Positions 20,385 to 31,268 of a stretch of DNA of 64,000 bases are shown piece by piece. The notes beneath the pieces are model-generated. The model made no database searches. It had not been told where the DNA came from and saw nothing but the letters and a program-made list of their open reading frames with translations. Numbering within the stretch: the first letter of the stretch is position 1; each line of letters opens with the position of its first letter. The DNA lies in the NCBI GenBank assembly GCA_943787795.1, contig CALSNU010000006.1:448001-512000 (forward strand), read 5' to 3'. A program made the translations under genes and the position numbers. This stretch comes from an uncultured bacterium (GTDB lineage Bacteria > Planctomycetota > UBA1135 > GCA-002686595).

Positions 20385-21773
20385 CTACGCCTCGAAAGAC
20401 CCTGCCCCCTGGCTCGGCCCGGAGTCAGGCTCCGGCGACCTCCCGAAGGGCGAATCTGATCGCGACCCCGTCCGTGACCCCCTCAGCGATCCCGTGAGGG
20501 GGTGGGAGTGCCGGCCCTCCGGCCCGGGCTCCGCCGCGACCCGCTCGTCAGCAGCCTTGCGCCCCACCTGGTCCTCCGCGGGCAAGGTCGCCTGCGGCGC
20601 CTCTTCGCCATCCGGCGAGATGATGGAGGCGGTTGGGGCCAGATCCTGAGCGGGGTGGGCAGGGGCGGAGCCGCCAGCCCGCCTCCGGACAACCGTCCAG
20701 CGGGGAGTACTCGGGGCCGCCTGTCCCTCGGCGCCCCACTCGTCCTCCCACTGGGCTCCCCCCTCGCCGGCTCGCGAGCCCGCGGCAGCCTGGATCAGGC
20801 CATCGCCGGACCGATCGGGGCCGGCGCGGTACACGGGCGGGCCCCCTTCGACGGGCTGAGCGGCCGACGGCCCCGTGAAGCCCCGGGTCAACCTGACGGC
20901 GAGGGCGTAGAGCGCCGCACTCACGGCGAAGCCTGCCCAGCCAGGCCATGCTTCACCGAAGACGGATTGAACGGCGAGCGGGGGCGCCACCAACAGCACG
21001 ACCACCAGCGCGGAATCGACCGGGCTCAAGCCGATCGCCACCAGGCGGTTGCCAAGGTGGGTCCGGTCGCCCTCCCAGAAGGGCGCCCCGCGCGACAGGC
21101 GACCGATGACCACACGACCCGCGTCAAGGAGCGGAACAAGGAGCAGCCAGGCCGCCCCGGGCGTCACCGCCACCGCCACGCCGAGCAGGTGAGTCCCCGA
21201 GTCGCCGAGCATGGTCATCGGCACCGACTCTCTGAACGTCTTGCGCCGCCGAAACAGGATGTTGAACGGCAGGTAGCCGCCCACCGCGGCCGCCAGCGCG
21301 GGCGCCCCCGGTCCGAGCGCGACGCAGCAGGCCGTGCCCGCCATCGCGTCCGCATGATCGAACAGGTTGACCGCGTTCATGGCGACGAGCGCCACCGCTG
21401 CGATCGTGAGGAGCTCCACGGCGCTGTGATCCTGGAAGCCTGGACCCGGGGCCATGACCAGGAGCGTCGCCACGGTGATCTGGCCGGCGAGCTTGACGGC
21501 GGGACTCAGACCACCCCGCCTCACGTCGTCCACCAGCCCGAGGAGGAACGCCCCTGCCAGCGCGGGCCAGGGCAGGAACAGCGTGGGATCCAGCCGGTCC
21601 GCGACGATCATGGCGCCCAGGATCGCGGCGCCTCCGACCACGGGGATGTCCGCCACGCCGGGCTTGCGGTGCTCCAGACCCTCCCTGCCATCGAACCAGC
21701 CGAGCGCCGGCGCAGCCAGCACCAGCCCGGCCGTCAACAGGACCGCAACCGTGAAGGCGATGAACGCGATCAC
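20385..21773 (-). CDS. MraY/WecA-family polyprenyl-phosphate HexNAc-1-phosphate transferase with a low-complexity C-terminal tail
   Basis: PVVGG, LGLVDD, KLAGQ, MNAVNLFDHADAM, MLGDSG and PF.GDRTHL motifs in a multi-pass membrane protein. Confidence 0.82.
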   Translation of the reverse strand: MIAFIAFTVAVLLTAGLVLAAPALGWFDGREGLEHRKPGVADIPVVGGAAILGAMIVADRLDPTLFLPWPALAGAFLLGLVDDVRRGGLSPAVKLAGQITVATLLVMAPGPGFQDHSAVELLTIAAVALVAMNAVNLFDHADAMAGTACCVALGPGAPALAAAVGGYLPFNILFRRRKTFRESVPMTMLGDSGTHLLGVAVAVTPGAAWLLLVPLLDAGRVVIGRLSRGAPFWEGDRTHLGNRLVAIGLSPVDSALVVVLLVAPPLAVQSVFGEAWPGWAGFAVSAALYALAVRLTRGFTGPSAAQPVEGGPPVYRAGPDRSGDGLIQAAAGSRAGEGGAQWEDEWGAEGQAAPSTPRWTVVRRRAGGSAPAHPAQDLAPTASIISPDGEEAPQATLPAEDQVGRKAADERVAAEPGPEGRHSHPLTGSLRGSRTGSRSDSPFGRSPEPDSGPSQGAGSFEA

Positions 21774-22489
21774 GGCCGTGCCTCCGTGGAGATGGCCCCA
21801 TAGAGGCCCTCGCGCTGGATCACCTCCAACACGCCCTCGGGCAACTCCGCGCCCGAGAGGCGCCCTGCCGCGATCTTGCCGCGGAGCTCGGTGGCGCTCC
21901 CAGGGAACGGGGGCAGCCGCATGAAGCCAAGGCTCAGCCGCTCCACGAGGTGCGCCGGGAGCCTCCCCTCGAGGGCTGCCAGGTGCCCATCAGGCGTCCC
22001 TTCACGCCATGCGACGATGGGCTGCGCGATCGACAGGACCTCCTCGGCCTCCCGCCACCCGGGGAGGCCCGGCAGGTTGTCGCTGCCCAGAATCATGAAG
22101 AGCTCGGCGCCCCCGCCGGCGCTCTCCTGGCGGGCCATGTCCCGCAGGGTATCGACCGTGAATGAGGTCCCCGCGCGTCGGAGCTCTGCGTCGGAGACCT
22201 CCCATCGCGCATCCCCCGCCGTCGCGCACCTGAGCATCGCAAGTCGGGCACCCCCTGGCGCGAGCGCCTTGCCCAGCTTGTGCGGGGGGGTCGCCGCGGG
22301 CATGAAGATCACCCGATCCAGCCCGAAGTGCGCGCATGCCCTGCGGGCCACCTCCAGGTGGCCCTTGTGAACAGGGTCAAAGGACCCTCCAAAGAGGGCG
22401 ATCCGCGGACTGACGGGCACAGATGAGGGCTGTTGGGTGAGGGCAGGGAGGAGGCGCTGTAACTGGCGTGCCCCTCGACGATAAGGCAA
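21770..22489 (-). CDS. nadD: Nicotinate-nucleotide adenylyltransferase (start may lie about 75 nt downstream)
   Basis: LFGGSFDPVHKGH, PPHK, SFTVDTL, ILGSDNL, SATELR and IQREGLY. Confidence 0.95.
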   Translation of the reverse strand: MPYRRGARQLQRLLPALTQQPSSVPVSPRIALFGGSFDPVHKGHLEVARRACAHFGLDRVIFMPAATPPHKLGKALAPGGARLAMLRCATAGDARWEVSDAELRRAGTSFTVDTLRDMARQESAGGGAELFMILGSDNLPGLPGWREAEEVLSIAQPIVAWREGTPDGHLAALEGRLPAHLVERLSLGFMRLPPFPGSATELRGKIAAGRLSGAELPEGVLEVIQREGLYGAISTEARP

Positions 22490-22783
22490 GCAGCGCCCGA
22501 CGGGGGACGCGGGATAGAGGGCGAGCCCCCATCTTCCCAGTTCGACGCCGTCGCGCGCGGTTTCTGCCCCATGCCTTGGGCCCGATTCTCTGGACTTCCT
22601 GGATCACTCCCCCCAAACTGTCGGACCTGGGAAGGCGTGCGTGTCCGCACTGGACGCTGGCCCCGCATTCCTTGCCCTGACTCTCCCGCCCCGGCGCCCG
22701 CCAACGGACACCTCGGCGAATCACCCCTGAATTTGCTGCCGCCTCCCGAGGCGGCGCCATTCCAAACGTCCGAACCGGACCCC

Positions 22784-23215
22784 ATGACGATGACGCGCCC
22801 CAACGCTCTCGCCTCTGCGAACAACCTCCGCCGCGCTGGCCTCGCCCTCGCCGCTGGTCTCCTCGCCACGTCCTGCGCCTCCAACACGGGCGACAAGATC
22901 AACGACCACTGGCGTATCGCGTCGATTCAGCCGCGCGTGGTGCGCGCCGCCACCGGGTACGACCCCTCAGAGGTCGCCACGTACGGCGAGTATCGGAGCA
23001 GCCAGTGGAGCGGCTTCGGACTCACGTTCCAGCGGCACATCATGGCCTACAACCCCACCAATCCCTTCCAGGCCGGCCCGACCAAGCCGGATGATCGCGA
23101 GTGGACGATTCCGGCCAACCCTTACGCCGACGGCGGCGACGACGTCCAAGGCGAGGACGAGGCCATGACCGAGGTTGAAAAGGCTGCACTCTCCTCCCTC
23201 GGCTACGCCAACTGA
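22784..23215 (+). CDS. Hypothetical lipoprotein
   Basis: From ATG 22784: a basic/hydrophobic leader ending in the lipobox-like LLATSC; acidic C-terminus. Confidence 0.7.
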   Translation: MTMTRPNALASANNLRRAGLALAAGLLATSCASNTGDKINDHWRIASIQPRVVRAATGYDPSEVATYGEYRSSQWSGFGLTFQRHIMAYNPTNPFQAGPTKPDDREWTIPANPYADGGDDVQGEDEAMTEVEKAALSSLGYAN

Positions 23216-23457
23216 GGCCGAGTCGAGCGAGCCTGAACGGCTCGCTCTAGCTGGGCTTGGCGCCGATCCCCCCCAACTGGATTCCCTCCCGGGCTCGCCG
23301 CCGGCCTCGCTGGCCCCACCCCGGCTCTGCACTGACCCAAGGGTCGGATGGGGCCGTCTGGGAGTGCGCCGAGGCGTAGCGTGAGCCGCTTCAGTGCGGG
23401 CTCACGAGGCCCAAGCTGAGAGTTCAACCGGGAGCCCATCCGAGGGTCCCCAACCAG

Positions 23458-24414
23458 TCACCGCGCGGATCGCATCCGCGCGGTGATTTCATGGGCCACG
23501 TCGTCCGGGCGCGGGTCCAACCACTCGATCTCGAACTTGCGGAACCAGGTGCGCTGGCGGCGGGCGAACTGTCGGGTCCGGAGCGCGATCTCGTCCAGTC
23601 CGTCCTGGAGTGAGAGGTCACCTGCGGCGACCGCAGCCGCAGCTTCGTAGCCGAGCGCCTGGGACGCAGAGGGGCCAAGCCCGGAACCGGACAGGACGCG
23701 CGCCGCCTCCTCGGGCCAGCCGGCGCGGAGCATCTCACCTGTCCTCTGGCGAATCCTGCGATCCAACTCGTCCACTGGAAGGTCCAGGCCCACGATGACC
23801 GCGCGCTTCTCCCTGGCGGACGGGCCGTCGCGCCACTGGCTCTGGTGTGCGCTCATGGCCTCTCCGGTCTGCCGCCAGACCTCAAGGGCCCGCACGGTCC
23901 GGCGCCGATCGTTGACGTGGATCCGCTCGGCGGAATCGGGGTCCACCGCTGCGAGCTCCGCGTGAAGCACACAGTCCCCTTCACGCTCCGCCCGCGCCAT
24001 CAGCGTCGCCCGCAGCTCGGGGTCCGACGGAGGGCCGTCGAACACCCCACGCAGCAGCGCTGCGAGGTAGAGCCCGGTGCCCCCCACGAAGAGCGCAGAC
24101 GACCCCCGACCCTCGAGCTCCAGGAGCGTCTCCTCCACCAGGCCAAGGTATGCCTGGAGGTCAAAGCGCCCCTCGGGCTCGGCCACATCGACGAGGTGAT
24201 GGGGCACCTGAGCGCGCTCCTCGGTCGTCGGCTTCGCCGTCCCGATGTCCAGCCCGCGATAGACCGTCATCGAGTCCAGCGCGATGATCTCCGCCCCCAG
24301 CGTCTGGGCTACCTGCAGGCCCAGCCCGGTCTTACCGGACGCCGTCGGCCCCACGAGGAAGCGCAGCGGGACCCGGTCCAGGACGTGTTCTTCGGCCTCA
24401 CCTTCGGGGTTCAT
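23458..24414 (-). CDS. miaA: tRNA dimethylallyltransferase
   Basis: GPTASGKT, DSMTVYRGLDIGTAKP, PHHLVD, VGGTGLY, QALGY and TRQFARRQRTWF. Confidence 0.97.
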   Translation of the reverse strand: MNPEGEAEEHVLDRVPLRFLVGPTASGKTGLGLQVAQTLGAEIIALDSMTVYRGLDIGTAKPTTEERAQVPHHLVDVAEPEGRFDLQAYLGLVEETLLELEGRGSSALFVGGTGLYLAALLRGVFDGPPSDPELRATLMARAEREGDCVLHAELAAVDPDSAERIHVNDRRRTVRALEVWRQTGEAMSAHQSQWRDGPSAREKRAVIVGLDLPVDELDRRIRQRTGEMLRAGWPEEAARVLSGSGLGPSASQALGYEAAAAVAAGDLSLQDGLDEIALRTRQFARRQRTWFRKFEIEWLDPRPDDVAHEITARMRSAR

Positions 24415-24492
24415 GGAGGAATCGTAAGCCTTCCGGGTGCAAGGGGTCGGTCGTGCTGGAACTAGGCCAGGTGGAAGGCGACGATCTGTGCC

Positions 24493-25656
24493 ATGGACCG
24501 TGTCTTCTCGCTCGCCCTCGCTCTCGCGCTCTCCGCCCACGCCTCGGCTGCGCCCCTCGCAGCAGCCGCGGCCTCACCCCAGGATACGCCGCCGGCGCTT
24601 CCGCCTGCCCTGGAACGCCCGGCCAGCCAGGCCTCCGCCGACCTCGCCTCCGACGGAGAGGTCGCCGCGCCCGGAAGGGTCCCCGGGGACACCGAAGAGG
24701 GGGCGCGCGCCCTCTGGAGCCAGCTCGCCGGGAGCCTCTCCGTGGACGACGGGACCCCCGCCGCCGACGCGCCTCGCGCCTTCGAGCTGGAGTTCGATGT
24801 GCGCAGCCGTCAGGCCTCGGGCACCCAGAACTTCAGCGCGAGATTCCACTACCTCGACGAGGGGCCGGGCCTCGTACGCGGGGTCGTGCTCGACGACCAA
24901 CGAGCGGAGCGGAGCACGCAGATGCGCGGCCTCGATGACCGAGGACGGCTCCAGTACTGGTATCGCAAGGTGAGCGGTGAGGGGCAGACCGACGGGTGGG
25001 AGTCCCTGAGGGGTCGTGACTCCAAGGAGAGCCGCGCCGAGATTGACAGCTGGGCCGCCATCTCCTTCGACATCGCCCGCCTGACGCGACCCTCGAGCTT
25101 CCGCATCCTCTCCCTTCGGGAGCGCGTGCTCCTGCCTGCGGAGGACGGGGCGTCGCCGCTCACTCTCCGCTTTGACGGCGACCCGCGCGGGGTGGTCCTC
25201 CCCGGCACCGACATCGAGGGCGTCCGCGACGGGCGCAAGCAGCCCATCAGCGCCCTCTGCTCGGGCCTGAAGTGGCTCGAGCTCCAGACCCCGGACTTCC
25301 GTGACTTCCGCGAGCTCAACGGACGCATGCCGAAGGCGCGGCCGTACCGGCTGGTCTTCGGCCTGGACCCCGCCTCGGGTCGCCCGCAGGTCGTCCTCGT
25401 CGCCCCTGGGACCGAGGGCCCGCTCCAGGTCCCTGGTGCGGTCCTGGTCCAGAGCACCGAGTGGCTGCTTCACCCCGAGGGCGCCGCTCCGCGCGACCAG
25501 AGCTGGCTCCCCGGACGCTTCTTCGCCTACGAGACCCTCGGCGCCGGGCCCGACCCCCAGGCCCTGCGCTTCTCCGACGTTCCCCGCGCGGACCTCTACT
25601 TCGTGGACGGCAACATGAGCGCCGAGCTCGACCCGGCGTTCTTCCGCCCTCGCTGA
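24493..25656 (+). CDS. Secreted hypothetical protein
   Basis: Sec-type signal peptide (SLALALALSAHASA) and GC3-biased codons; no family recognised. Confidence 0.7.
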   Translation: MDRVFSLALALALSAHASAAPLAAAAASPQDTPPALPPALERPASQASADLASDGEVAAPGRVPGDTEEGARALWSQLAGSLSVDDGTPAADAPRAFELEFDVRSRQASGTQNFSARFHYLDEGPGLVRGVVLDDQRAERSTQMRGLDDRGRLQYWYRKVSGEGQTDGWESLRGRDSKESRAEIDSWAAISFDIARLTRPSSFRILSLRERVLLPAEDGASPLTLRFDGDPRGVVLPGTDIEGVRDGRKQPISALCSGLKWLELQTPDFRDFRELNGRMPKARPYRLVFGLDPASGRPQVVLVAPGTEGPLQVPGAVLVQSTEWLLHPEGAAPRDQSWLPGRFFAYETLGAGPDPQALRFSDVPRADLYFVDGNMSAELDPAFFRPR

Positions 25657-25762
25657 GCCGCCCCCAACGGTCGCCCGGCTCTCCTGCCTGAGCCAAACGA
25701 CCTCGAAGCTCGACCGACGCCAGCTCCACCTGCACCGCGCGTTCTGCCCCGCGCGCCACTCG

Positions 25763-28161
25763 ATGAGAGATCACCGCCTCGCCCTCCTCACGCTCGTCCT
25801 CGGCCTCGCCCTCGGCGCCATGCTCGGATCCCTGGCCGGGCGTGAACCCGTCCTCGCCTCACCGCAGCTCTTGCCGCACGCCGAGGCCCCAGGACCCCTC
25901 TCCGAAGGCGCCCCTGCTGCTGAGCCCCTGCCCCGCTGACCCTCTCGGGCCGCCGCGCCGCCGCCAGGGCGAGCTCGCCCTCACCGGCTGCGCTTCAAGC
26001 ATCGGCTGAGGAGGCGACTCGCGGAGCGCTGGCGCGCCTTGACGTCGTGCCCCGCGTGGCGGAGGGCCCTGAGGAGACAGGGGTGATCACCGGGCTGGTG
26101 ATCGACCGGGCTGGCACTCCGATCAGCGGCGTCCGGGTGGTAGCCAGCCGCTCCAACTCGGCGAGGTCGGTCCGCACGGATCTGGGAATCGGCAGGGAGT
26201 GGCCGGGTGCCAGGACGCTCACCGACGAGCTCACCGAACAAGCCGTGCAGCTCGCGGCCCAACGTGCTGGACAAAGGACCACCCTCACCGACGACGCGGG
26301 GCGCTTCAGGATCGCCGAGATCGGTGACGGGACCTACCGACTCGAGGCCTTCAAGGAGGGCGTGGAATTCAAGCACGCCGGGGCCGACTATGGCCGTCAC
26401 GGCGGCCGCTTCTGGCGGGCGAGCGGCACCAGTGCCCGGATCATCGGGACGCCGACTCAGTCCGTGCACCTCGATGTTCGACTGGAGGACGGCACGGCCC
26501 TTGACGAGGCCAAGGTCGAGGCCGGGTACGAGACAAGAGACCCGTTCCATCCCGGATTCATCGAATGGACGAGGGGAGCCGCCGCCCTGCAGGTGAGCTC
26601 GAGGCCCGGGAGGATCCGAGCCCTCGCGCACGGGCCCAACTCCTCCAAGCTCAGGGGCGCCCCGCACGAACTTGCCTCCGAGTGGGTCTCGTTCGGGCCT
26701 GGCGCCCCGCAGCGGGACCCCGTCCTCCTCGAGGTGCGGCCGCGGGGTCTGCTCGGCGTTCGGGTCGAGGTCGAGGATGACACCGCCTCGATCCTCGACC
26801 ATCAGATCAACGTCAGGGTCGAAGGTCCCCACGGCGACGTCGGTGAGCTGATCGCCAGAGCGGCGCACTGGTGGTTCGAGGGGGTCTCTCCCGGTCAGTT
26901 GACGATCAAGGCGCGCTGTCAAGGCCAGGCCGAGGACATCGCCTCAGCGACCGCGAGCTTCGACGGGCGTTGGGGCACCGAGCGGCTGGCTGTCGACGTT
27001 CCAACGCCGGTCATCGTGAGCTGCATCGGGCCCGATGGAGCGCGCCCATGCGACGTGACATTCAAGCTCCAGGGCCCGGAGGCGCGCTTCAGCCTTGAGG
27101 CTCAACTTCGGGCCCCCGGTGAATACGCCGTGGCCGTGACGCCGCGGCTGCAGCAGATTCGCGAGGTTGAGCGACTCGTCTCCGCATCCCCGGGCACCCA
27201 GCCCGACGTGAGGGCCAATTGCACGCTGGTCGGCCAGTCAGACCTCCTCGGGGAGGTGCACGCTCCCGTCACCGAGGAGACGTCGACGGTCACCCTGGCC
27301 TTCGACTCGCCGGCCTCCCTCTTGCTGACGATCCCCGTGGACGCCCCCACGGACTTCCGCGCCCAGCTGGAGGGCCGAGCAGACGGCGGGGTGGACAGCG
27401 AGTGGAGGCACGTGAGCCGCTATCGCGGTCGCTCGGGCCAGCGAGTCCCCCAGACGTTCGCGGCCGATGGATCGCTACTCCTGACGGGCCTCCAGCCGGG
27501 CTTGCATGTCGTCACCGTCAGCAGCGCATGGGGGCGCTCCTATGGCTTCTCCGGTGAAGCCGACTTCCCCAGGGACCCCATCACGGTGACGGCGGCTCTC
27601 TCGATCCAGGCCGGGGAGAACGTCCACGAGGTCACGATCCCTGAACGGTTCGAGCTCCAGGTCCACGCGCCGGATCACCCGGTCGGGACCCAGCTGCGCC
27701 TGCGGTCTACCGACCCGTCACCCGGAAGGGACGACATCGCTGAGCCTCACCGATCCGTCCTCGATGACCAGCACGGGGCGGTCATCGAGCGCGTCCCGCG
27801 AGGCACCTACTCGCTGCTAGTGAACTGGCGGGACGGCAGCTCCCGACGGGAAGTCACGGTGCCCGGACCGGCGATCACCCTCAAGCGAACGGAGCTGCGC
27901 GGGTTCAGGATCACGAGAGTTCGCCCCGGCGGCCTCGCCGTGTCCGCCGGCCTGCGGAATGGCGACCTCCTGGTTGAGGTCGATGGGCAGCCGGTGGACT
28001 CCAGGTCCATGGAGCGGTTGAGACTCGATGTGGGGCGGCGCCAGCCGACGCTCACGGTGGAGAGGGACGGTGCGCGCCACGAGCTGCAGCTCGGCCTCGG
28101 CGACCCGGGGGAGCCGGCCTATGGGCAGCTCCGAATATACTTCGAAGCCGTCGAGGACTGA
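25763..28161 (+). CDS. Membrane-anchored protein with a carboxypeptidase-regulatory-like domain and a C-terminal PDZ domain; apparent frameshift at about 25925-25934
   Basis: GVITGLVIDRAGTPISGVRV...TDDAGRFRIAEIGDGTYRLEA and the PDZ segment ITRVRPGGLAVSAGLRNGDLLVEVDGQPV. A hydrophobic leader MRDHRLALLTLVLGLALGA starts at ATG 25763 in a different frame. Confidence 0.75.
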
Positions 28162-28167
28162 GAGCGC

Positions 28168-30117
28168 TCAGGTCCTGTGGAAGGCCTTCTCCAGGTCCGC
28201 CAGGGTGAACTTCACCCGGGTCGGCCGGGCATGCGGGCAGGTCTGGTCCATGCCCGCGTCGCGGGCGCGCTCGAGGAGAGCGCGGATCGAGGACTCGTCC
28301 AGGGTGTCCCCCGCCATGATCGACGAGCGGCAGGAGGTGCGGTGCAGGACCTCCTCCTGGACGTCCTCGGCGTCGGGGGCCTTGCCCGTACGGGCGATCA
28401 CGTCCACCACGTCCCGGACGATGCCCTCGGGATCCGGGCGGCGGATACGCGCAGGCAGTCCGTGCACGGCCACGGTCTTGTCGCCGAAGGGCTCCAGCTC
28501 GAGGCCGATCCGGCGAAGGGCGTCCTGGTGAACGGTGATGAGCTGCACGTCGGCCTGGGTGAGGTCCACGAGCTCGGGCGTCAGGAGCCGCTGCACCTCC
28601 ACCTTGCCCGCCTTCACCTCGCGCCGTAGCTCCTCGAAGGTGAGCCGCTCGTGCAGGGCGTGCTGGTCGATGATCTCGAAGCCGTCGGGCACGGCCCGCA
28701 GGATGTAGGTGCGGTCCACCTGGATGTAAGGGCCGCGGAGATCGTCCACCGTGGCCCACTGATCCCCGGGCGCCCCACCGCCGCCGAGGGCCTCCTCGGA
28801 TGCAGGCCCTTCGAGCGAAGAACCTGGTGCCCCGAAGGCCGCGGAGGGCACGCCCTCGCGGGGCGGCACCTCCCGCACGATGTAGCCCTCAGCCACCGCG
28901 CCGCTGCCTGCGCCGCTTGACCCTTCGGGCCTGGGGATCCAGGCGCCCGCGGCCCCCGCGCCGCGCGGCCCAGGATCGGGCAGGGTCTCGCGCTGCATCG
29001 GCCGACCCTCGCGGCGGCGCAGGCGGTCGATCATGGACTCCCCCGGCGTGGCCATGTTCGTGCGCATGACCGCCTCCTTCAGGGCGTTGACCAGGAAACC
29101 GAAGAGCGAGCGCTCGTCCCGCAGCCGCACCTCGCTCTTGGCGGGGTGCACATTGACGTCCACCGACTCGGGGTCCATCCAGAGCTGGAGGAAGCCCACC
29201 GGCTGCAGCCCGTCGATGAGCACGCCGCGGTAGGCGTCCTTGAGCACCCGGGTCAGGACCTTGTCCTTCATGGGCCGCCCGTTGAGGAACCACATCTGGC
29301 GCCGCGCGTCCCGGCGACCGAAGCGCGGCGGCGCCACGTAGCCCGTGATGCGCGTGGACCCCATGGAGGCCTCCACCGGCTCGAGCTCGGAGGCGAGCTC
29401 GTCCCCGAAGACCCGCCGGATGCGGGCCAGGAGGTCCATGCCAGACTCCACGTCGAACACCCGCCGGCCGCCGTGCATGACCACAAAGCCGATGCCACCC
29501 TGCCCGGTCTCGTCGGCGGGGTGCGCCAGCGCCACGCGCTGGACAATCTCGGTGCAGCGGGAGAGCTCGGTCTGCTCGCGCTTGAGGAAGCGCCTGCGCG
29601 CAGGCGTGTTGAAGAAGAGGTCGCGGACCTCGACGATGGTCCCCTCCGGCATGCCTGCCGGAGTGATCTTGCCGCGGCGCCCGCCCTCCTCGGTGATCTC
29701 GGCGCCCACGTCGGCGCCGCGGGGCCGCGAGCGGATCGAGCAGCGCGCCACCGACGCCATGGACGCGAGCGCCTCCCCGCGGAACCCCAAACTCGCGATG
29801 TGGTCAAGGTCCTCGGGCGTGCGGAGCTTGCTGGTGGCGTGGGCCTCGAAGGCCAGGGCCAGGTCCTCGGGGATCATGCCGAGGCCATCGTCGGTCACGC
29901 GCACCATGCGCATCCCGCCCTCCTCGAGGTCGATCTGGATACGCGACGCCCCGGCGTCGATGGCGTTGTCGAGCAGCTCGCGGACGACCGAGGCCGGCCG
30001 CTCGATGACCTCCCCGGCCGCGATCTGGTTCCGGACGACCTCGGACAGGACGGCGATGCGCCCGCCCTCAGGCACGGTCTCGTTGGCGGCTTCCCTCATG
30101 CCCCCATGGTAGTTCAC
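28168..30117 (-). CDS. mutL: DNA mismatch repair endonuclease MutL (alternative start ATG 30099)
   Basis: NQIAAGEVIERPASVV, HATSK, LGFRGEALAS, DVNVHPAKSEV, DQHALHER, QRLLTP and CPHARP. Confidence 0.97.
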   Translation of the reverse strand: MNYHGGMREAANETVPEGGRIAVLSEVVRNQIAAGEVIERPASVVRELLDNAIDAGASRIQIDLEEGGMRMVRVTDDGLGMIPEDLALAFEAHATSKLRTPEDLDHIASLGFRGEALASMASVARCSIRSRPRGADVGAEITEEGGRRGKITPAGMPEGTIVEVRDLFFNTPARRRFLKREQTELSRCTEIVQRVALAHPADETGQGGIGFVVMHGGRRVFDVESGMDLLARIRRVFGDELASELEPVEASMGSTRITGYVAPPRFGRRDARRQMWFLNGRPMKDKVLTRVLKDAYRGVLIDGLQPVGFLQLWMDPESVDVNVHPAKSEVRLRDERSLFGFLVNALKEAVMRTNMATPGESMIDRLRRREGRPMQRETLPDPGPRGAGAAGAWIPRPEGSSGAGSGAVAEGYIVREVPPREGVPSAAFGAPGSSLEGPASEEALGGGGAPGDQWATVDDLRGPYIQVDRTYILRAVPDGFEIIDQHALHERLTFEELRREVKAGKVEVQRLLTPELVDLTQADVQLITVHQDALRRIGLELEPFGDKTVAVHGLPARIRRPDPEGIVRDVVDVIARTGKAPDAEDVQEEVLHRTSCRSSIMAGDTLDESSIRALLERARDAGMDQTCPHARPTRVKFTLADLEKAFHRT

Positions 30118-31268
30118 CGGCCCCTGGATCGAGAGCCCGAGCCGCCACTCGAGCCGCGCCAGCGCAGGGCGAGCTGCATGAAGTCCGTGGCGTCCACCTG
30201 AACCGAGGAGCGGGAGCGCCGCTCAAGGCGGGCGAAGTCCTCCAGCATGGGCTTCCAGGCGCCAGGGGCCCGGGCCCCCATGCGCCGCTCGAAGGCGTCC
30301 ACGGCGGGCTTGGGCCCGCGCACCCCGGCGGCGGCCGCCGCCGCGGAGACCCCGCGGCCGGCCTCGAGCTCGCCGGCGCCGCGCACCGCCTCCCGCAGCT
30401 TCGCGGAGACCGCGGTGCTCAGCTGCGCGACGATGCCGCTCTGGTCGAGGGTCCGGCTCCCGTCCCGCTGGACCGCGCCGCCGGAGAAGAGGGTCTCGAT
30501 CCCCACGGCGGCCTTGCGGACATCGCCCGCGACGAGGGACTCGGCCACGTCCCAGACGGACGCGCTGCTGTCCCAGGTCACGAGCTCCTGGATCGCCTCC
30601 GAGCCGCGGCCCACCAGCCCCTTGAGTCGATCCTCGATGGCGTTCAGGTCGTTGCCCGTGGCCGCCACCACGTAGTAGGCCTCGGCGCTATCCAGCTTGA
30701 CCCCGAGGCTGCGGGCGCGGGCGCCGCACCACTGGACGAGCTCTGTGTTCCTCGGATCAGGGTTCCACGGGGGCGGGGTGTCGTAGAGCCGGCGGCACCC
30801 GACGATGGGACCCTCGGCCTCCTTGACCGCCTTGGCAAGCGCGTGGTCGGCGCGCAGCTTGTCCGCGGAGAGCACAATCGCGCCCGGGCTCGCCGACTTG
30901 ATCCAGGCCAGCATGGCGTCGCGCACCGCCGCAGAGAACGCGGAGGCGCGGTCGACCACCACCCGCTCGGCGTGGTGCAGCACCACGCAGCGTGAGGCTT
31001 GAAACAGCGCCCCCGTGGAGAGGTCATCCACCAGGCGGCCGGCGGAGTAATCCGGGTCCAGCGGATCATGTCGACAGACCTCCAGGCCGTCGGCGCGGGC
31101 GCGTTCGCTCAGCGCGCGCACCCCGCGCTCGCGAAAGTAGGCCTCGTCGCCGCGCAGGATCGACACCCGCGGCAGCCCCTGCGCGATGCGATGCTCCAGC
31201 TCCCGGAGGGCGTCCTCGGGATTGGGATCCCTCGGCTTCTTCTTGCTTGCCTTCTTCTTGCGCGCCAT
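30114..31268 (-). CDS. holA: DNA polymerase III delta subunit (HolA)-like protein
   Basis: ILRGDEAYF, LSTGALFQASRCVVL, WCGARARSLGVKLD..A..VV...GNDL and SVWDVAESL; size and layout fit HolA. Confidence 0.75.
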   Translation of the reverse strand: MARKKKASKKKPRDPNPEDALRELEHRIAQGLPRVSILRGDEAYFRERGVRALSERARADGLEVCRHDPLDPDYSAGRLVDDLSTGALFQASRCVVLHHAERVVVDRASAFSAAVRDAMLAWIKSASPGAIVLSADKLRADHALAKAVKEAEGPIVGCRRLYDTPPPWNPDPRNTELVQWCGARARSLGVKLDSAEAYYVVAATGNDLNAIEDRLKGLVGRGSEAIQELVTWDSSASVWDVAESLVAGDVRKAAVGIETLFSGGAVQRDGSRTLDQSGIVAQLSTAVSAKLREAVRGAGELEAGRGVSAAAAAAGVRGPKPAVDAFERRMGARAPGAWKPMLEDFARLERRSRSSVQVDATDFMQLALRWRGSSGGSGSRSRGR

